From Candidatus Sumerlaeaceae bacterium (GTDB lineage Bacteria; Sumerlaeota; Sumerlaeia; Sumerlaeales; Sumerlaeaceae): a stretch of 64,000 nt of DNA. Every line of letters begins with the position of its first letter. Position 1 is the stretch's first letter. The translations under genes and the position numbers were made by a program. The notes below the pieces were generated by a model, which had not been told where the DNA came from, searched no databases, and was given only the letters and a program-made list of their open reading frames with translations. Location: contig JBMFRB010000002.1 in assembly GCA_049968255.1 (NCBI GenBank), forward strand, positions 352,001 through 416,000, written 5' to 3'. Positions 62,658 through 64,000 of this stretch are shown one piece after another.

Positions 62658-64000
62658 CGGAATACCTTCGCTATCTCCCAGACCTGATTCTCGGCATTGG
62701 CGGGACAGCTACCCTTCTTGTCGGCGCATGGCGTGAGACAAAAGCAGGCCGCGAGTTCGTCCGTTGGGTCGCACTGCTTTCGTTCGTACTCGCAGGTTGC
62801 GCGGTTCTTTACGCTGCGACACTCCCACCGAGCGGAGGGTGGCTCATGTCGTCACCCCTGGCTAAGCGCTTCTCCCTTTTATTCGTATGCATAGGAGCGT
62901 GGATTGTCCTCGTAGAACCGCCTCCTCTGCTGCGAGCCGGTGAATGGTATGCTCTCCTTCAGTTCGCGGTCATTGGAATGCTTGTTCTTGCGCGAAGTGC
63001 GAATTTGGCTGCTCTCTTTTTGGGCATCGAAATACTCTCGCTCGCCTTGTACGTGCTTGTCGCATTCCGCTACGCAAATCGCGTGTCCATTCGGGGCGGA
63101 GTGCTGTACTTGATTCTTGCTAGTTTTGCCAGTGCCTTTCTGGCCTTAGGTGTGGCATTTATCTACGCTGCGTACGGCACACTGGAAATCGGCAAAATTG
63201 CAGAGTTCAAGGAAGCCCCATCGCTTTTGAGTTTTCTCGGACATGTTGGCGTCGGCCTCTTTCTCGTCGGGGCTGGCTTTAAGCTAGCTGTGGTGCCGTT
63301 TCACATGTGGGCGCCCGATGTCTACGAGGCCGCTCCATCGATCATCAGTGGCGTGATTGCTTCAGCTTCAAAAGGTGCCACGCTTGCAGCCCTTGTCCCC
63401 CTCGCATTCCTCTTTGTTCCCCATACCTCGACGCTTTACCTTATCATTTTGGGCACTGTGGTAGGTGGCAACTTGTTGGGTTTGCTCGAACAACGCCCCA
63501 AGCGGATTCTCGCTTATTCATCGATTGCCCATGTCGGTTATCTTCTGACGGGCTATCTCGCTTTTGTGAGTGCTGCACACGATTCCGCTCTAAGCGCACA
63601 GCTCTTACAGGCACTCTTCTTTTACATTGTGGGATATTCTTTAGCAGCACTCGGCGCATTCGCCGTCCTGTCGCAGTTTGAAGATGGCCGACCGATTTAC
63701 CTGAGAGATCTCCGTGGGCTTCTCAAACGCCATCCGTTGGCGGCATGGCTATTGATGGTGTTCATTGTAAGCCTCGCGGGGATTCCCCCAACGATCGGGT
63801 TCCTCAGCAAATTTTATCTTTTTCTTACTGCTGTAAAGGCCGGTTATCTCTGGCTTGTGGTGTGGGCTCTCGTCGGCACAGCCATCGGGGTTTTTTATTA
63901 CACGCGGATTCTGGCGCAACTTTTCATGTCCGCCTCGGAGGGGGTTGAAATAAAGGTGCAACACGATCAGCTACGAGATGTTGTTCTCACACTTACGGCT
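62654..64000 (+). CDS. nuoN: NADH-quinone oxidoreductase subunit N (3' end outside window)
   Basis: Translated by hand from GTG 62654, overlapping the nuoM stop: MTEYLRYLPDLILG; FKLAVVPFHMWAPDVYEA, AYSSIAHVG, SLAGIPPT. Confidence 0.93.
   Translation, partial: MTEYLRYLPDLILGIGGTATLLVGAWRETKAGREFVRWVALLSFVLAGCAVLYAATLPPSGGWLMSSPLAKRFSLLFVCIGAWIVLVEPPPLLRAGEWYALLQFAVIGMLVLARSANLAALFLGIEILSLALYVLVAFRYANRVSIRGGVLYLILASFASAFLALGVAFIYAAYGTLEIGKIAEFKEAPSLLSFLGHVGVGLFLVGAGFKLAVVPFHMWAPDVYEAAPSIISGVIASASKGATLAALVPLAFLFVPHTSTLYLIILGTVVGGNLLGLLEQRPKRILAYSSIAHVGYLLTGYLAFVSAAHDSALSAQLLQALFFYIVGYSLAALGAFAVLSQFEDGRPIYLRDLRGLLKRHPLAAWLLMVFIVSLAGIPPTIGFLSKFYLFLTAVKAGYLWLVVWALVGTAIGVFYYTRILAQLFMSASEGVEIKVQHDQLRDVVLTLTA

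Noticed and set aside
62697-63964. Short ORFs after nuoM suggesting a broken gene
   Set aside because: Alternate frames of nuoN, which starts at 62654 and runs off the end; I saw no sign of a frameshift.

Overview
Core chromosomal window of a moderately GC-rich diderm bacterium; I cannot assign the taxon from sequence alone. I saw no prophage, IS, integrase or CRISPR array. Left to right: argS (partial); purL with glnB (P-II) overlapping its start; two exported hypothetical proteins; mtnA; tRNA-Thr(GGT)-efp; purC-purS-purQ; suhB; tatAC; a receiver/anti-sigma-kinase protein and a hybrid histidine kinase; moaC; gap-tpiA plus a PPi-type and an ATP-type phosphofructokinase; an orphan nuoABC; pyrB; ribH; trpF-trpB; a PGRP-type amidase; a class II photolyase; an M29 aminopeptidase; an orphan sugar-binding protein; DUF1015; an ArgRS-derived protein; agmatine deiminase; LysE; pilD; an O-antigen-ligase-family protein; hisC; a membrane/spermidine-synthase fusion; a dipeptidase; and an E. 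coli-like nuoA-N operon (nuoN runs off the window end). Best leads: (1) an ArgRS paralog that keeps both tRNA-binding domains but lacks the catalytic core, 4 nt upstream of a guanidino-group deiminase; (2) a terminator/antiterminator leader just before purC; (3) P-II overlapping purL; (4) a large lipoprotein whose PHP-like domain has lost its metal ligands; (5) a 51-aa Cys-rich lipoprotein missed by the ORF track; (6) two different complex I gene sets, one with a Rex/CRP-like box. All calls come from motif recognition by eye; no database searches were run.
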